Of a DNA stretch of 64,000 nt, positions 1-11,563 are shown piece after piece (position 1 is the first letter of the stretch; each line of letters starts with the position of its first letter). The DNA is from Hyaloraphidium curvatum SAG 235-1. Lineage: Eukaryota; Fungi; Monoblepharomycota. The notes below the pieces were generated by a model. It worked only from the letters and a program-made list of their open reading frames with translations, was not told the origin of the DNA and searched no databases. The DNA is taken from positions 186,001 through 250,000 of the forward strand of contig JAIVFI010000035.1 in NCBI GenBank assembly GCA_025558095.1. Direction: 5' to 3'. The position numbers and the translations under genes are program-made.

Positions 1-805
1 AACGTCCTGCCGAGCGGGGCAACGTCGCGGATCACCTTTGCCGGCAGCGTGGACGAGCTTGCCAGCTCGCTTGGGATACCAAAGGAGGCGATTGTCGACG
101 GTGAGGTTTTTTTGGCGCCCGGGACTCGGAGCTGGAGTCTGATCACTGTCATGCCCCGCAGCTCCCGTTCCGTCTCGATGCCGCGTTTTCCGCCGGCTCA
201 TGCGCCCCGCAATCCAGCTGCCGAGGTCGACGTGGGAAAACTACGTCGGCGACCTGTCCGGCTCCATGGACGAGGGCTACCACGAGCGTTCGGCTTCCGA
301 CACGGACACTGCCAGCCACGGCGAGGTGGAGGAAGAGGAGGACGACATGTTCTTCGACGCGAGGTCCGAGGTCAGCGAGGCTTCCACCCATTCGCGTCTG
401 ACGTCGTCGCGGGCGAGCCTGTCGCGCTCCGTATCGACACTTTCGGCTTCGGCAGCGTACGCTGCGGCCGCGCACGCTGCGCTTCCGTCGCATCTGGCCA
501 ACTCGCGAGTCGTGCAGATCATTCGCCAGATTCTGAGCCTCCCTCTGCGCGCGTTCGACAGTGCGCTCGTGGCATTGGCTCGGCAGACCTTCACCTCGAT
601 TGCTCGTCGGGCGGCCGCCGCGCTTGTGTGCTTCGTCGCCGTGCTCCTCGTCGGCACAGGCCGCAGCGAGTGGCTTCAGCGCTTCTTCCTCTCCTCCTTC
701 GTCGGACCCGTGCTCGGACTGTCGCCATCGTCCGTGAGCGGACCGCGGCGATTCCTTCCGTGGGACGACAGCTGGGCTTCGACGCTCATGCCGGCTTCGA
801 TCTAA
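1..805 (+). CDS. 3' part of a gene (5' truncated); possible CRAL-TRIO/Sec14-type C-terminus, acidic linker and C-terminal hydrophobic segment
   Basis: Frame from base 1 reads NVLPSGATSRITFAGSVDEL, resembling the end of a CRAL-TRIO domain. A GT-AG intron (~101-161) joins it to ORF 200..805, which has an acidic stretch and the hydrophobic run AAAALVCFVAVLLVG. Confidence 0.4.
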
Positions 806-1088
806 CCGACAGTATTGGGCGTGCGTCGCTGGCACCGCTGTGACTCTACATTGGTGCGCGAACGGACACTGACTCTAAATGCGCGCCGGAAGTCTGATCC
901 GCGTTACCGCCGCTGTTTCCCATGTAGCTTTGCCGCGGAGCGGCCCTGTGCGAGGGGAGAATCTTTGTCAAGGCGCGGCGATTGGAAAGCGGGCTGTGAA
1001 GTGTATGCTGGGGGGGCCGTCACGTAGTTCTTTGCTATACCTGTGGGACTGTCTGGGAATGAACACGGTTGTTCTTTTGCATTTGGCA

Positions 1089-2622
1089 TCAGGCCGACAG
1101 CCTGTCCCATCCGTATATGACGATCCGGGAAACCATGAGACCCGCAAAAATGCCGACAGAGACTTCCATTACGGCCCGCAGCATGGTGCTCGGCTCGACG
1201 CCGCCACCACGCCCGAAGAGTCCGACAACGCCGCGCAGCGCGAGTGCGCCCGGTGCGATCAGAGACACGCCGATCCGAACCGTAGGATAGGGCGATGGCG
1301 TGAACCCCATGCGAGCGTAGAGATTCGCAAGGGCGCCAATCGAGAAGGTGCCGACGAACGCGGTGGCGGCTGGAGCGCGGAAACGTCAGCACGAAGAGGA
1401 ATCCTATGGCGGCCGTCAGAGCCACGAACCGTAGTCGTTGATCGCGCTGGCAGCCTCGTAGACGGCAAAGCCAACAGACGCCACAAGCGTCATCCACACC
1501 CAGTTGCGCAGGCTGAGCCCTTCGCCCTTGTTCATCACGATCTCGGCCAGGGCAGCGACGACTGCAAGCACTCCAAGGAATCCGGGCGACCCAGTCGGCT
1601 GGCACTTGTCGTCGTGCGGAAACCAGATCGATGCGAGGGAGCTGCCGAGGCTGATGCCAAAAGAGACGAGAATGACATTGATGGCCGCGGCCCCGAACCG
1701 TGCTGCGCCCGTCACGATGTCTCCGGTAGCAATCTCCGTAAAGGCAAAAACCACGTCCGTGCCGGGCAAAGTGCGAGCGATCGGGGCCAGAACGAGCGTT
1801 GGGTAGCACAGCGTGGGGATCCACCAGCTCGAAACGGCGGCGAAGAAGGAAGCGACGAATCCGGAGACGAACGGCACGAGATTGCGCAGGTCCTTGGACA
1901 TCCTCCGCTCCATGGGGAAGCCCTTGAGTCCGCTGATCGCGAGGGCCGGAGGCAGCACGAACAGGCCGGCGAGCGCTCCCTCCGAAAAAGATGATTGCGG
2001 CGACCGACGAAAACAGGGGGAATGCGATCACTGAATGAGCAACCTCCCAGAACGGCCTCCGCCGGAGGGACGCGATGGAGATGATGATCTCCTCGGCCTG
2101 ATCGGTCGACAGCTCATCCGCCAGGATCGTTGTTGCCACGCCCGCGACGAGTGACAGCCTGGAAAGATCGTCCTCGGGTTCGAAAGTCTTCATCAGCACC
2201 CGAGTCTCGGCCACCGCAGCGCTCTGAGCTATCTCGGGCTCGCTCACGTCGGGGAGAAGCCCTGCCGTCTCTTCGAGGTCATGATACGGCGAGGGCAACG
2301 GGCTTCTCCTCGAAGTCACGGAGCTCGTATCGTTGCTGCGAGGTATCCGGAAGCTTGCGATGAGCGTGTTTGGGAAGAGCGAGAAGTCCGACGGGCCGAG
2401 ATCCAGCTTCTGGGCCAGCGTGGCCAAGGTGCGCCCCAATTCGTACGTAGCCGCGCCGTACGAGAGCATGGCGGCGCCCAGCTCCATGACCAGCTGCTGC
2501 TTGTGCAGAAGGAGCTGGCTCTCGAATTCCGACTTGGGCTCCGGGGGGCCGTTACCTCCCGCGTCTCCGCCTTCGCCTTGCTGGTCGGGAGGTACAGCGT
2601 TGTCCGGCAGAACGGTTGCCAT
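1089..2622 (-). CDS. ThrE/DUF1212 (Prm10-like) threonine/serine exporter family membrane protein, with an apparent frameshift near 1980
   Basis: ELGAAMLSYGAATYELGRTL..FSLFPNTLIASF is a typical ThrE N-terminus. Multiple TM helices and APIARTLPG / VSLIAPG motifs. One clear intron (~1370-1429); the frame changes after FFGG without a good intron. Confidence 0.75.
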
Positions 2623-2703
2623 CTTGTCGCACCGGGCGGAAGCGGGGTGATGGGTTTGCTTTTTGTTCGAGGGGACCGATGACGTGGCGCGCGCCACCGC
2701 AAA

Positions 2704-4236
2704 TCAATCGACCGCCGCCGCGGGAGCAAGCTCGACCTGCGGTAGCTGCCTGTCTGCAGCCTTAGGCGCTACGGATCCCTGAGGTATCTTCTTCCCTCGA
2801 CCGCTCCCAACGGGACGTTTCTTCCCGCCCCCCTCCTTTTGGGCGTCGCCCGCACCGTGTCCCGCGCCATTTCCAGCTCCTTCTGGAGTCCGTAACTCAG
2901 CTGCGTTTCCCATGCTGCCGCGGGGGGGAGCCGGCGCAGCTTCGGGCGTCAGCTCCACCTCGACGTTGGGCAACGATTGCTTGCTCTCCTGCTGTTCCGG
3001 AGTTCCATTGGAAACGGCGGGGCTCGTGGAGCTCGGCGCCTTTTCCGGGATGCGATCGGTGATCTCGATCGCCTTCTCTTTCTTGATCGACCCAGTCTCA
3101 AAGGCAGGTTCCGGAGCCGGGGCAGGTTCCGGAGCTGGGGCATGGGGCTCGGCGCCAGCGCCTTTTGCGCTCTGGCCCTGATCGGCCTCCACATTCGCTC
3201 CAGGCTTCGAGGAATCGCCGGGGAACCAGTCGGGGAGCGCGTCCACGCGGACCTCTTTGAGTTCGACCGAGCTGTCGACGACGACAATCTCCCTCATGGC
3301 GCGGGCAAGATCGACGGGCATCTTCTGGCCGCTGCCCCGCCCCAGGACAGGCAAGCGGAACACACCGAGGAGCTTGTAGTTGATTTCGCCCTGCGCGTTC
3401 TTCGAATCCGGGCCGTCCACCATGTAGAAGAGCGGCGCCGAGAAGTTGAAAGGCTTCTGAAAGACGTCGACCATGAACCATCCGCCGGGCTCCACGTCCG
3501 TGTTCCCCTCCGACAAATGGTGCCAGCTGGTCGCGAGGTATTTGGCCCCAGACCTCTCAAAGTTCCTGATGATGTTCATTCCATCTTCGAGCGGAAGGTG
3601 CTGGAGCGCATCGCGGCAGAGAATCATGTCCTGGCTCCGCGGCACCTCGTCAATCACGATGTCGAGCTGCAGGAACCGCATGTTCGCCTCGTGCCGGTAG
3701 CGGCGCGCGCTGGCGATCGTCGCGTTGGCGACGATATCTGCTCCGGTGTAGCTTATTCCGGCGAAGCCCCGCGTCTTCGGGAGCCAGTTGCAGTCCCCGC
3801 ACGGCGTGTCGAGGAAGGTCCGGACATTAAGAGTCTTCCACGCCGTCGCAAGCAGCGCCCGAACGTTGCTCGTGTACGAAACTGTGCTCCCCGGGCCGCT
3901 TCTGCTCTCCGAATCTCCCCACTGCTTGGACGCATAGATTGCCTCGAACTTGGCCCGCCTGACTGCCCCTTTGCCCGTGGTGTGGTACTTGTGCAGGATC
4001 GCTTCCCACCCGTCCTTTAGCTGCGGCGTCTCGGGCTCGGCTGGGGCGTCCGAGCAGTCCTTCGTCTGCGGGCACTCTGGGACGACCGGAGCGGCCGGCG
4101 GCGGGCAGATGTCCTCGATCGAAACCTCGATTGGCCCCCCGGCAATCGCGCGACGAGCAGCTCCCGAGGCCTGCAGCCGTGCTGCAAGAGCTAGGCATAG
4201 CCCGGCAAGGAGCGCGGCAAGCAGCCGCGAGTTCAT
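2704..4236 (-). CDS. Secretory-pathway class I SAM-dependent methyltransferase with low-complexity C-tail; apparently intronless
   Basis: N-terminal signal peptide/anchor; FEAIY..WG..ESRSGPGS, FLDTPCGDCNW (motif I), YTGADIV, DMILCRDALQHL. Confidence 0.8.
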   Translation of the reverse strand: MNSRLLAALLAGLCLALAARLQASGAARRAIAGGPIEVSIEDICPPPAAPVVPECPQTKDCSDAPAEPETPQLKDGWEAILHKYHTTGKGAVRRAKFEAIYASKQWGDSESRSGPGSTVSYTSNVRALLATAWKTLNVRTFLDTPCGDCNWLPKTRGFAGISYTGADIVANATIASARRYRHEANMRFLQLDIVIDEVPRSQDMILCRDALQHLPLEDGMNIIRNFERSGAKYLATSWHHLSEGNTDVEPGGWFMVDVFQKPFNFSAPLFYMVDGPDSKNAQGEINYKLLGVFRLPVLGRGSGQKMPVDLARAMREIVVVDSSVELKEVRVDALPDWFPGDSSKPGANVEADQGQSAKGAGAEPHAPAPEPAPAPEPAFETGSIKKEKAIEITDRIPEKAPSSTSPAVSNGTPEQQESKQSLPNVEVELTPEAAPAPPRGSMGNAAELRTPEGAGNGAGHGAGDAQKEGGGKKRPVGSGRGKKIPQGSVAPKAADRQLPQVELAPAAAVD

Positions 4237-4572
4237 GACCGAGTGCGGCCCGCGAACGGCACGCGCTCGCGGAGCAGCCGCTTACTCCAATGTATGCCGG
4301 TCTCCTTCTAATTCGCGGGTTCCATTCATTAGGCGCCGCGCGGGGTTCTGCAGTCAGCAGGCTCTTCCTGCGTTCCTGCCGATCAGATTTGGTTGATTGC
4401 CTCACCACCACCCACGTCAGCGCCGGCATGCGGCAGCAGCTGCGCGGGCGGTAACGGAGCGCGGAGCACGCGTTTTTGCCTGCTGTAGGGCGCTCGCCTT
4501 CGCCGCGGCCAGCGGGGCGCACCGCGTCGTCGTCCCTCGGACCCGGAGCAATCCCGTGCACTTCACGCCAAC

Positions 4573-7500
4573 ATGAGCGTGAACAATGTCACCGCGGTGG
4601 CGAACCAGATTTTCCGCGAGATTCAGGGAGCCTTCGGGATTCTGCGGCTGAAGGACCTCATCAAGTGGGCGAGGGGCCGCGTCGCCGACGGGACCCTCCT
4701 GACCCGCGTCGCGCCGACCCCAGGTCCGTGCGGGCGTGCAAGACGGCGGCGGAGGAACGAGCTGTCATTGCAAAGGAGTCGGCCTTCATTCGCACGCAGT
4801 TCAAAGTGGGCTGCCGCTTGCTGGAGTGAGCCCGGGCTCACGCGCTCCGCCCACAGGAGGAGAACGTCGAAAACAGGGCCATCAATGTTGCCAAGCTCCT
4901 CTACATTCACATGTTGGGGTACCCAGCTCACTTTGGCCAGCTGGAGTGTCTCAAGCTCGGTATGGCTGGGCCGCCCATCCAACAGACCTCATTGTCTGAC
5001 TCGCGCTTCCACTTGCAGTTGCGCAACCTCGCTTCGCGGACAAGCGCCTCGGATATCTCGGGATAATGATGCTGCTTGACGAGAACGCGGAGACGCTGAC
5101 ACTCGTTACAAATTGCCTGAAGAAGTTGGTGCGAAGCTCGTCGCTCCTCGGTCGCTACTGACAAGCCCGCAGCGACATGAACCACCCCAACATGTACGTC
5201 GTTGCTCTGGCTCTCGCCACTTTTGCGAACATCGCGTCCCCGGAAATGTCGCGGGACCTGGCTTTCGACCTGGAGAAGATGCTCTCGAGCGGCAACAGCT
5301 ACATACGGAAAAAGGTGACAAGGCCTCGGTCCCGGGGACGTGTTGCTGATTCCGTCTTGCGGTTTGTAGGCGGTTTTGGCCGTGGTTCGCATCATTCGGA
5401 AGGCGCCGGACCTGCTCGACAACTTTTTCGACAAGGCCAGGGGCCTGCTGAACGAAAAGAACCACAGCGTCATTCTCACGGGCGTGACGCTCCTTCTTGA
5501 GATGTGCAAGCTCGACCAGACGGGCGCAATCGCCCTCCAGTGCCGGCAGCTGGTCCCCATTCTCGTTCGCCACCTCAAGAACCTCGTCACCGCCGGCTTC
5601 TCCCCGGAGCACGACGTGAACGGCGTCACGGACCCTTTCCTGCAGGCGAAGCTTCTCCGCCTGCTCCGCGTAGCTGCAGGACAGGATCAGAACAGCAGCG
5701 ACGCCATGAACGATGTCCTTGCGCAGGTGTGTGGCCCGGCTGGATATCGCGTCGCGCCCGTAACGTCCCCTACCGTTTAGGTCGCGACCAACACCGAGTC
5801 ATCCAAGAATGTCGGCAATGCCATCCTCTACGAGACCGTCCTCACCATCATGAACATTCAAGCCGAGTCTTCGCTGCGGGTGCTCGCCATAAACATCCTC
5901 GGCAAGTTCTTGGCCAACAAGGACAATAACATCAGGTGTGTTGCTCCATGGTTCAGCCCTCGTGAAGACTCAGCATCGTTGCCTTCAGATACGTCGCCCT
6001 CACGACCCTCACCCGCATCTCTACCCCCTCTCCCACCAACCCCAACCCCTCCTCCTCCGATGCCTCTGCCCTGCAACGCCACCGAACGACCATCCTGGAT
6101 TGCTTGAAGGACCCCGACGTGACCATTCGCCGGCGCGCTTTGGATCTCTCCTTCCAGCTGGTCAACACGCAGAACGTCCGGATGCTCACACGCGAGCTGC
6201 TGACGTTCTTGGAGACCGCGGAACCGGACATCAAGGGCTCCACAGCATCGCGCATTTGCAACGTCGCGGCCGTGTTCCGGCCGAACCGCCGATGGGAGGT
6301 CGATACGGTGTGCAGGGTGCTCAAAGTCGCGGGCAGGTGGGCATGTCCTGGCTTCGCCTGCCGCTCGGAGCTGATTGCGGTCAACCCGCAGCTATGTGGA
6401 CCAAGACGTGGTCAACCACTTTGTCAAGATTGTTACGACGGCACCGACGGAGCTGCAGAGCTACACCGTGCGCAAGCTGTACGGAATCCTTGCGACCGAC
6501 AAGGAGGAGCGGGAAATCTCGCAGGAGGGCCTGGTTCTGGCGACCGTGTGGACCATTGGGGAGTTTGGCGACGTTCTGGTTGCCGGTACCGGTGGCGGAC
6601 TTGGGGCCGAGGAAGACGAAGAGGCGGAAGAAGCCGGGATGTCGAGTTCGGCAGTGTCGGAGACGGAGGTTCTCGACCTGTTGGAGAGGATCCTGGCCGG
6701 CGCGTTCTCGACGGAGCTGGTAAAGGAGTATGGCGTGACGGCGCTGATCAAGCTGTCGAGCCGGTTCAGTTCTTCGGAACCGTAGGTGGCTTTTGCTCGG
6801 CTACCGCCGGATCAGCTCACGCGGAGTACGGCAGGCGCGTTCGAGCCCTCGTCAGCCGCTACCGGTCAAACGGTGACGTGGAGGTGCAGCAGCGCGCGGT
6901 GGAGTACACGCAGCTGTTTGGCTTGGACAAGGCAACACGGGATGCCGTCCTGGAAAGGATGCCAGTCCTGGAGCAGGCCAAGCTTGAGGAGCAGAGGAAG
7001 GGAACCGGAGGTGGGTTTTCTGTCGCTGGACTTCTGGCTCTCCGGCTGACATTGCCCCAGAACCGATCTCCGCGGCGGCTGTGGTAGGCGTGGCGCCATC
7101 CATCGCAACCAGCAGTGCCATGGACGATCTGCTGGGCATCGATGGAACGGACGGTATGCCGTCGGCGCCTTCTGCGCCATCGGGCCTCAAGGGGGCATCG
7201 AACGCGGATTTGCTGGGCGAGATTTTCGGATCCGGGGCCTCTGCGCCTGCGGCCCCGGCACTTACCACGAAAGCTGCAAGTCCTCCGAAGCCTAGAGACG
7301 TGAGTTTCTGCAGGCGCTGCATGCGCGTGCACTGACACTGTCATGCAAAGCCCTTGGCTGACTTGCTTGGCGGGATCTCGCTTGGCGGAGGCGGTGGTTT
7401 TGGCGCGCCTGCAGCCAAACCCGCACCGCCAACTGGTGGTGCCGGAGGCGCAATGGATTTGCTCGGAGACATCTTTGGTGGCCCCACGGCGGCTGCCCCC

Positions 7501-8171
7501 GCGGGGGCGCAGCCGAAACCTGCCGCACCGTTTGGCGATCTCAACGGACTAAATGGACTTGGCAACCTGGGCGGCTTCCCGACGTCGCCGCCGCTCGGGA
7601 ACACCTCCCCGCAAAAGGCGCCCGCTGCTTTCCAGCCCTCTATGACGTCGCCGCTGCAGGCGTCGGCGAGCACGCCAGCGATGCCGTCGGCCAAGTCTCC
7701 CTCGATGGCCGCGGCCGCTTCCCCCTCCTTGGGCTCCCTTGGGCCTCCAAGCTCGCCCAAACCGGCCACCTACACCGTATTCGACAAGGATGGGCTGAAG
7801 ATCACGCTGACAGCGTCGAGGAATGACGCCGGAGATTCCGTCACCCTGAACGCTGCCTTTGCGAACTCGAGCTCGAAGGAGATCCAGGGCATGAGTTTCC
7901 AGGCGGCGGTGCCCAAGGCATTGAAGCTGCAGATGCTGCCGGCGAGCTCCACCACCATTGCACCGGGAGCCTCTGCAACGCAAGTGATCCGCATCTCGAA
8001 CCCAACAAAGGTGATTCCTCGACTGCTCGGACGCAATCGCATCGATCCTGACCCGGAGCGCGACCACAGGCCGCTATCAAGTTGAGGCTTAAGATATCCT
8101 ACAGCATGGACGGTGCTCCCGCGGAGTCGATTAGCGACTTTGCTGGCTTCAGCCCAGAGTTGTGGTCGTAA
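4573..8171 (+). CDS. APL4: AP-1 complex gamma-adaptin (multi-exon)
   Basis: Spliced product [71 protein letters not shown], and a C-terminal GAE ear ([21 protein letters not shown]). Stop TAA 8169-8171. Confidence 0.95.
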
Positions 8172-8462
8172 TGATTGCAATCTCACGGAGGAAGCCTTCC
8201 AACGTCCATTTACCGTCCGTTCGGCCTCTGGCATCCTGTGGAAAACTTGGCCACAAGTGCGGGCGCCGAGGTCCGAAACCCTCTCCGGACTATGAGATGG
8301 TTCTTCGGTGTGGTTACAACCCCGGTACACACGGCGGATGTCAACGTATGGTTGATTCCCTCTCTCATTGAACATCTTAAACATCAGGGCCTATTACGGG
8401 AGCTCGGAGAACGGTCCCTGGGCCCCACGGCCGGCCCGGTCCGTCACATTGGCGTGCGACCG

Positions 8463-10570
8463 ATGTCGCCCATCGGAGAGTTCTGCGACCTCCAGTTGCG
8501 CCTGCTCCTTGACGAACGGAATGCCGAGATTGAGGAGATCGAAGCCGTGCTCGCGCGGTATCCTCCGCGGGAGCTGCAGAGGAGATTCGGGCTCGCACTC
8601 TTGGGACTCAAGCTCACGAGCATCAGGACTGGCCTGGGAGGAAAGACGGTCGTCGAACTTGGAGGAGACGCCGATGCGCTCCCGGCGCACCGTTTTCGCG
8701 TGGGGGATGTCGTTGGACTTGACAACAAGTCTGGCGAGGACAAAGAGAGGTCGACCAAGGGGACAGACAAGACCGCAAAGCCACAGACGCGTTTCGACAC
8801 CACTGCCGTGGTCGCCAGGGTCACCGACAAGGCTATCACGCTGGCCCTCGACGGGGAGCACGACGACTCGTTGTTCGACAAGCCCGTGCGTATGTTCAAG
8901 CTGGCAAACAACATCTCGTTCGAGCGCATGGAAAAAGCTATCAAAGACTTGAAGGCGAGGGATGTTGCCGAAGGAGGTATCAGATCGGACATCATCAGGG
9001 TGCTTTTCGGACTGGATAAGCCGGCCGTCGAAGCTGTAAAAGTGGACTCAATCCGCTTCTTCACCGAGAACCTGAACGAGTCGCAGAAAAGGGCCGTTGC
9101 ACTGGCACTAGGGGCGCAGACGCTTGCTTTGATTCATGGGCCGCCCGGCACCGGCAAAACGCACACGGTCGTCGAAGTCATCCGCCAGCTCGCCACTCCG
9201 AAAGAAAGGGGAGGCAGGGGCGAGCGGGTCCTGGTCTGCGGCCCTAGCAACATCTCGGTTGACAACCTCGTGGAGCGTTTAGCACCGACGCGCCTGCCGA
9301 TCGTGCGGGTGGGGAACGTCGTCAGGGTGCTTCCGACCATTGTCCAGCACGCGTTAGACGTACGAATACGTTCAAGCGATGAGGGCCAGATCGTCTGCGA
9401 CGTACGCGCCGACATCGACAAGACCCTGCGGACGGCCACTTCGAGCAAGTCGCGCCTTGAACGGAGAGAGGCGTACCGCAGTTTGAAGGATCTGCGAAAA
9501 GAACTTCGGGTCCGCGAGGACAAGGTGGTCTCCGGGATTGTGCGGAACGCCTCGGTCGTCCTGTGCACTCTCAACGGCAGTGCCTCCAAGACGCTGAAGG
9601 ACATGGAGTGGGATACACTCGTGATCGACGAGGCTGCGCAGGCGCTCGAAGCCGAGTGCTGGATCGCCATCTTGAAGGCTCGCAAGAGGGTCATTCTCGC
9701 CGGCGATCACTTGCAGCTACCCCCGACCGTCAAGTCGGTCATATCCTCGGGGAAGCCGCGCCCTGCGAAGCCAAGCAAGGCATCCGATCATCTGTGCAAG
9801 GCCATCGAGAAGGGCGGGGGCCTTACCTATACCCTCTTCGACCGTTTGATCGGCATGTACGGGGATTCGGTCAAGGTCATGCTCGAGGTCCAGTACCGCA
9901 TGCACGCGAAAATCCAGCAGTTTTCTTCCGAGCAACTGTACGGCGGCAAGCTGGTTCCTCACACCTCCGTCAAGACACATCTGCTGTGCGATCTGCCGAA
10001 CGTGGCGAGAACGGACGACACTACGGAACCCGTAGTCTTTCACGACACCGCGGGCTCGGAGATGCGCGAATCGAGCGCCGGTGATGCGCAGGACGGTGGC
10101 CCCAAGGCCGAGTTCGAAGCGAATTCGAAGTTCAATGAGAACGAGGTCGAGATCGTGGTCGAGCATGTCAAGCGCCTCATTGAGGCCAACGTGCATCCGT
10201 CGGACATCGGTATTACGACGCCTTACAACGGGCAGGTGAACCGACTCAGGGCAGCGCTGGCGGAGCAGTTCCCGGACCTGGAAATTGCATCGATCGATAG
10301 CTACCAAGGTCGTGAGAAGCACGCCATGATCCTTTCGCTGGTGCGAAGCAGTGGGTGTCTTTCGGTTTGATTTGCGTCACTGGTTACTGAGTGGCAGCAG
10401 ACGAGGAGGGCGACGTTGGCTTCCTGTCCGAAAGCCGCCGATTGAACGTCGCGATCACGAGAAGCCGAAGGCATCTGTTTGTGGTCGGCGATTCAGAAAC
10501 ATTGTCACGGAATCCTTTCCTCAAAAGCTTGTGCAGCTTTCTGGAGACGGAAGGCGAGCTCCGGATGTAA
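8463..10570 (+). CDS. HCS1: IGHMBP2/Hcs1-like Upf1-family SF1 helicase
   Basis: LNESQ, IHGPPGTGKT, DEAAQ, GDHLQLPP, QYRMH, TPYNGQV, DSYQGREK. After intron 10352-10400 the frame continues VGFLSESRRLNVAITR to TAA 10568-10570. Confidence 0.92.
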
Positions 10571-10575
10571 TCAAT

Positions 10576-11391
10576 CTAGTATGATGCAGGCGCGCTGGCG
10601 GCTACAACCTCTGTCGAGACGCCGAGCTCCTCTACCAGCGCGTTCCACAGCCCGCTCGCCCCGAATCGGAATCGTTCCGGCGTTATCCAGCCCTTGCCCA
10701 TGTGATGTCGAACGAGGTCCAGATACTTGCGAGCATCGCTCGCTGTCCGCACGCCGCCGGACACCTTCACACCAACAGAGTCCTGGCGTCCAGCGTCCTT
10801 GATTGCATTGCAAAGCGCCTCCACCGCGTCGCAGCTCGCTCCTGCTCCAGAGGCAAGCTTCCCCGTGCTCGTTTTCAGGAACGTGATGCGTTGAGATCCC
10901 GGCACGGCCAGACACAAGGAAGCGGCCCGGCGAACCGTGTCCGAGCCGTGAACTTCGAGAGCCCCAGTCTCCAGGATGATCTTCAGGCCAACCTTGCCCC
11001 CGGAGTCCACGCGCTCGAGCTCGGCGATGGCCGCGCGAACCGGATCCACGGCTTCCTTCTCGTCGCCGTCCAGGAACGCGTGATAATGCCAAACAAGGTC
11101 GACCTCGTCCGCTCCGTCCTGAATCGCGTTTCGAATTTCCCAGCTCACCTGATCTTGGGATGCGATCCCGTAGGGAAAGTTGACCACGGTTGCAATGCGA
11201 ACTCCGGTATCTTTGAGCAGCTCCTTGGCCAGGGTGACGAAACGGCCCTCCACGCAGACGGCAGCGGTCCGAGGCTCGGCTTTTGCCCGAGAGCAGAGCG
11301 AAGCGATCGTGTCCTCCGTGTCCCCGTCATTCAGCGAAGTGAGGTCCAGGCAAGCAAGGGCAAGCTTGCAGTCTTCCTTTGCGGTGTCCAT
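10576..11391 (-). CDS. deoC: Deoxyribose-phosphate aldolase (DERA), intronless, E. coli-like type
   Basis: LDLTSLNDGDT, TAAVCV, IATVVNFPYG, GADEVDLV, LKIILETG, FLKTSTGK (Schiff-base Lys), GVKVSGGVRT, FRFGASGL, C-terminal SY. Confidence 0.95.
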   Translation of the reverse strand: MDTAKEDCKLALACLDLTSLNDGDTEDTIASLCSRAKAEPRTAAVCVEGRFVTLAKELLKDTGVRIATVVNFPYGIASQDQVSWEIRNAIQDGADEVDLVWHYHAFLDGDEKEAVDPVRAAIAELERVDSGGKVGLKIILETGALEVHGSDTVRRAASLCLAVPGSQRITFLKTSTGKLASGAGASCDAVEALCNAIKDAGRQDSVGVKVSGGVRTASDARKYLDLVRHHMGKGWITPERFRFGASGLWNALVEELGVSTEVVAASAPASY

Positions 11392-11563
11392 TCTGGAACG
11401 TCCCGTGACGTCGCTTTGCTCTACTGTATGTGCTGCAGCGTGCAGGCCGTCGTTGAGGACGTGCAGTTGTGTCGCGAAGAGGACTCGGATACACGCGTTG
11501 CGATCGTCTGATCGTCACCCATCCCCACAGTGTCTCCCGGAGACGCATCGAGGAAGCGCCGCG

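Noticed and set aside
2660-2740. Spliced fusion of the methyltransferase with the ThrE gene
   Set aside because: An in-frame GT..AAG pair exists, but the signals are weak and the topology conflicts (luminal enzyme versus cytosolic ThrE N-terminus).
4573-8171. Introner-like repeated intron family
   Set aside because: Introns are similar in length but I could see no shared sequence beyond the splice signals.
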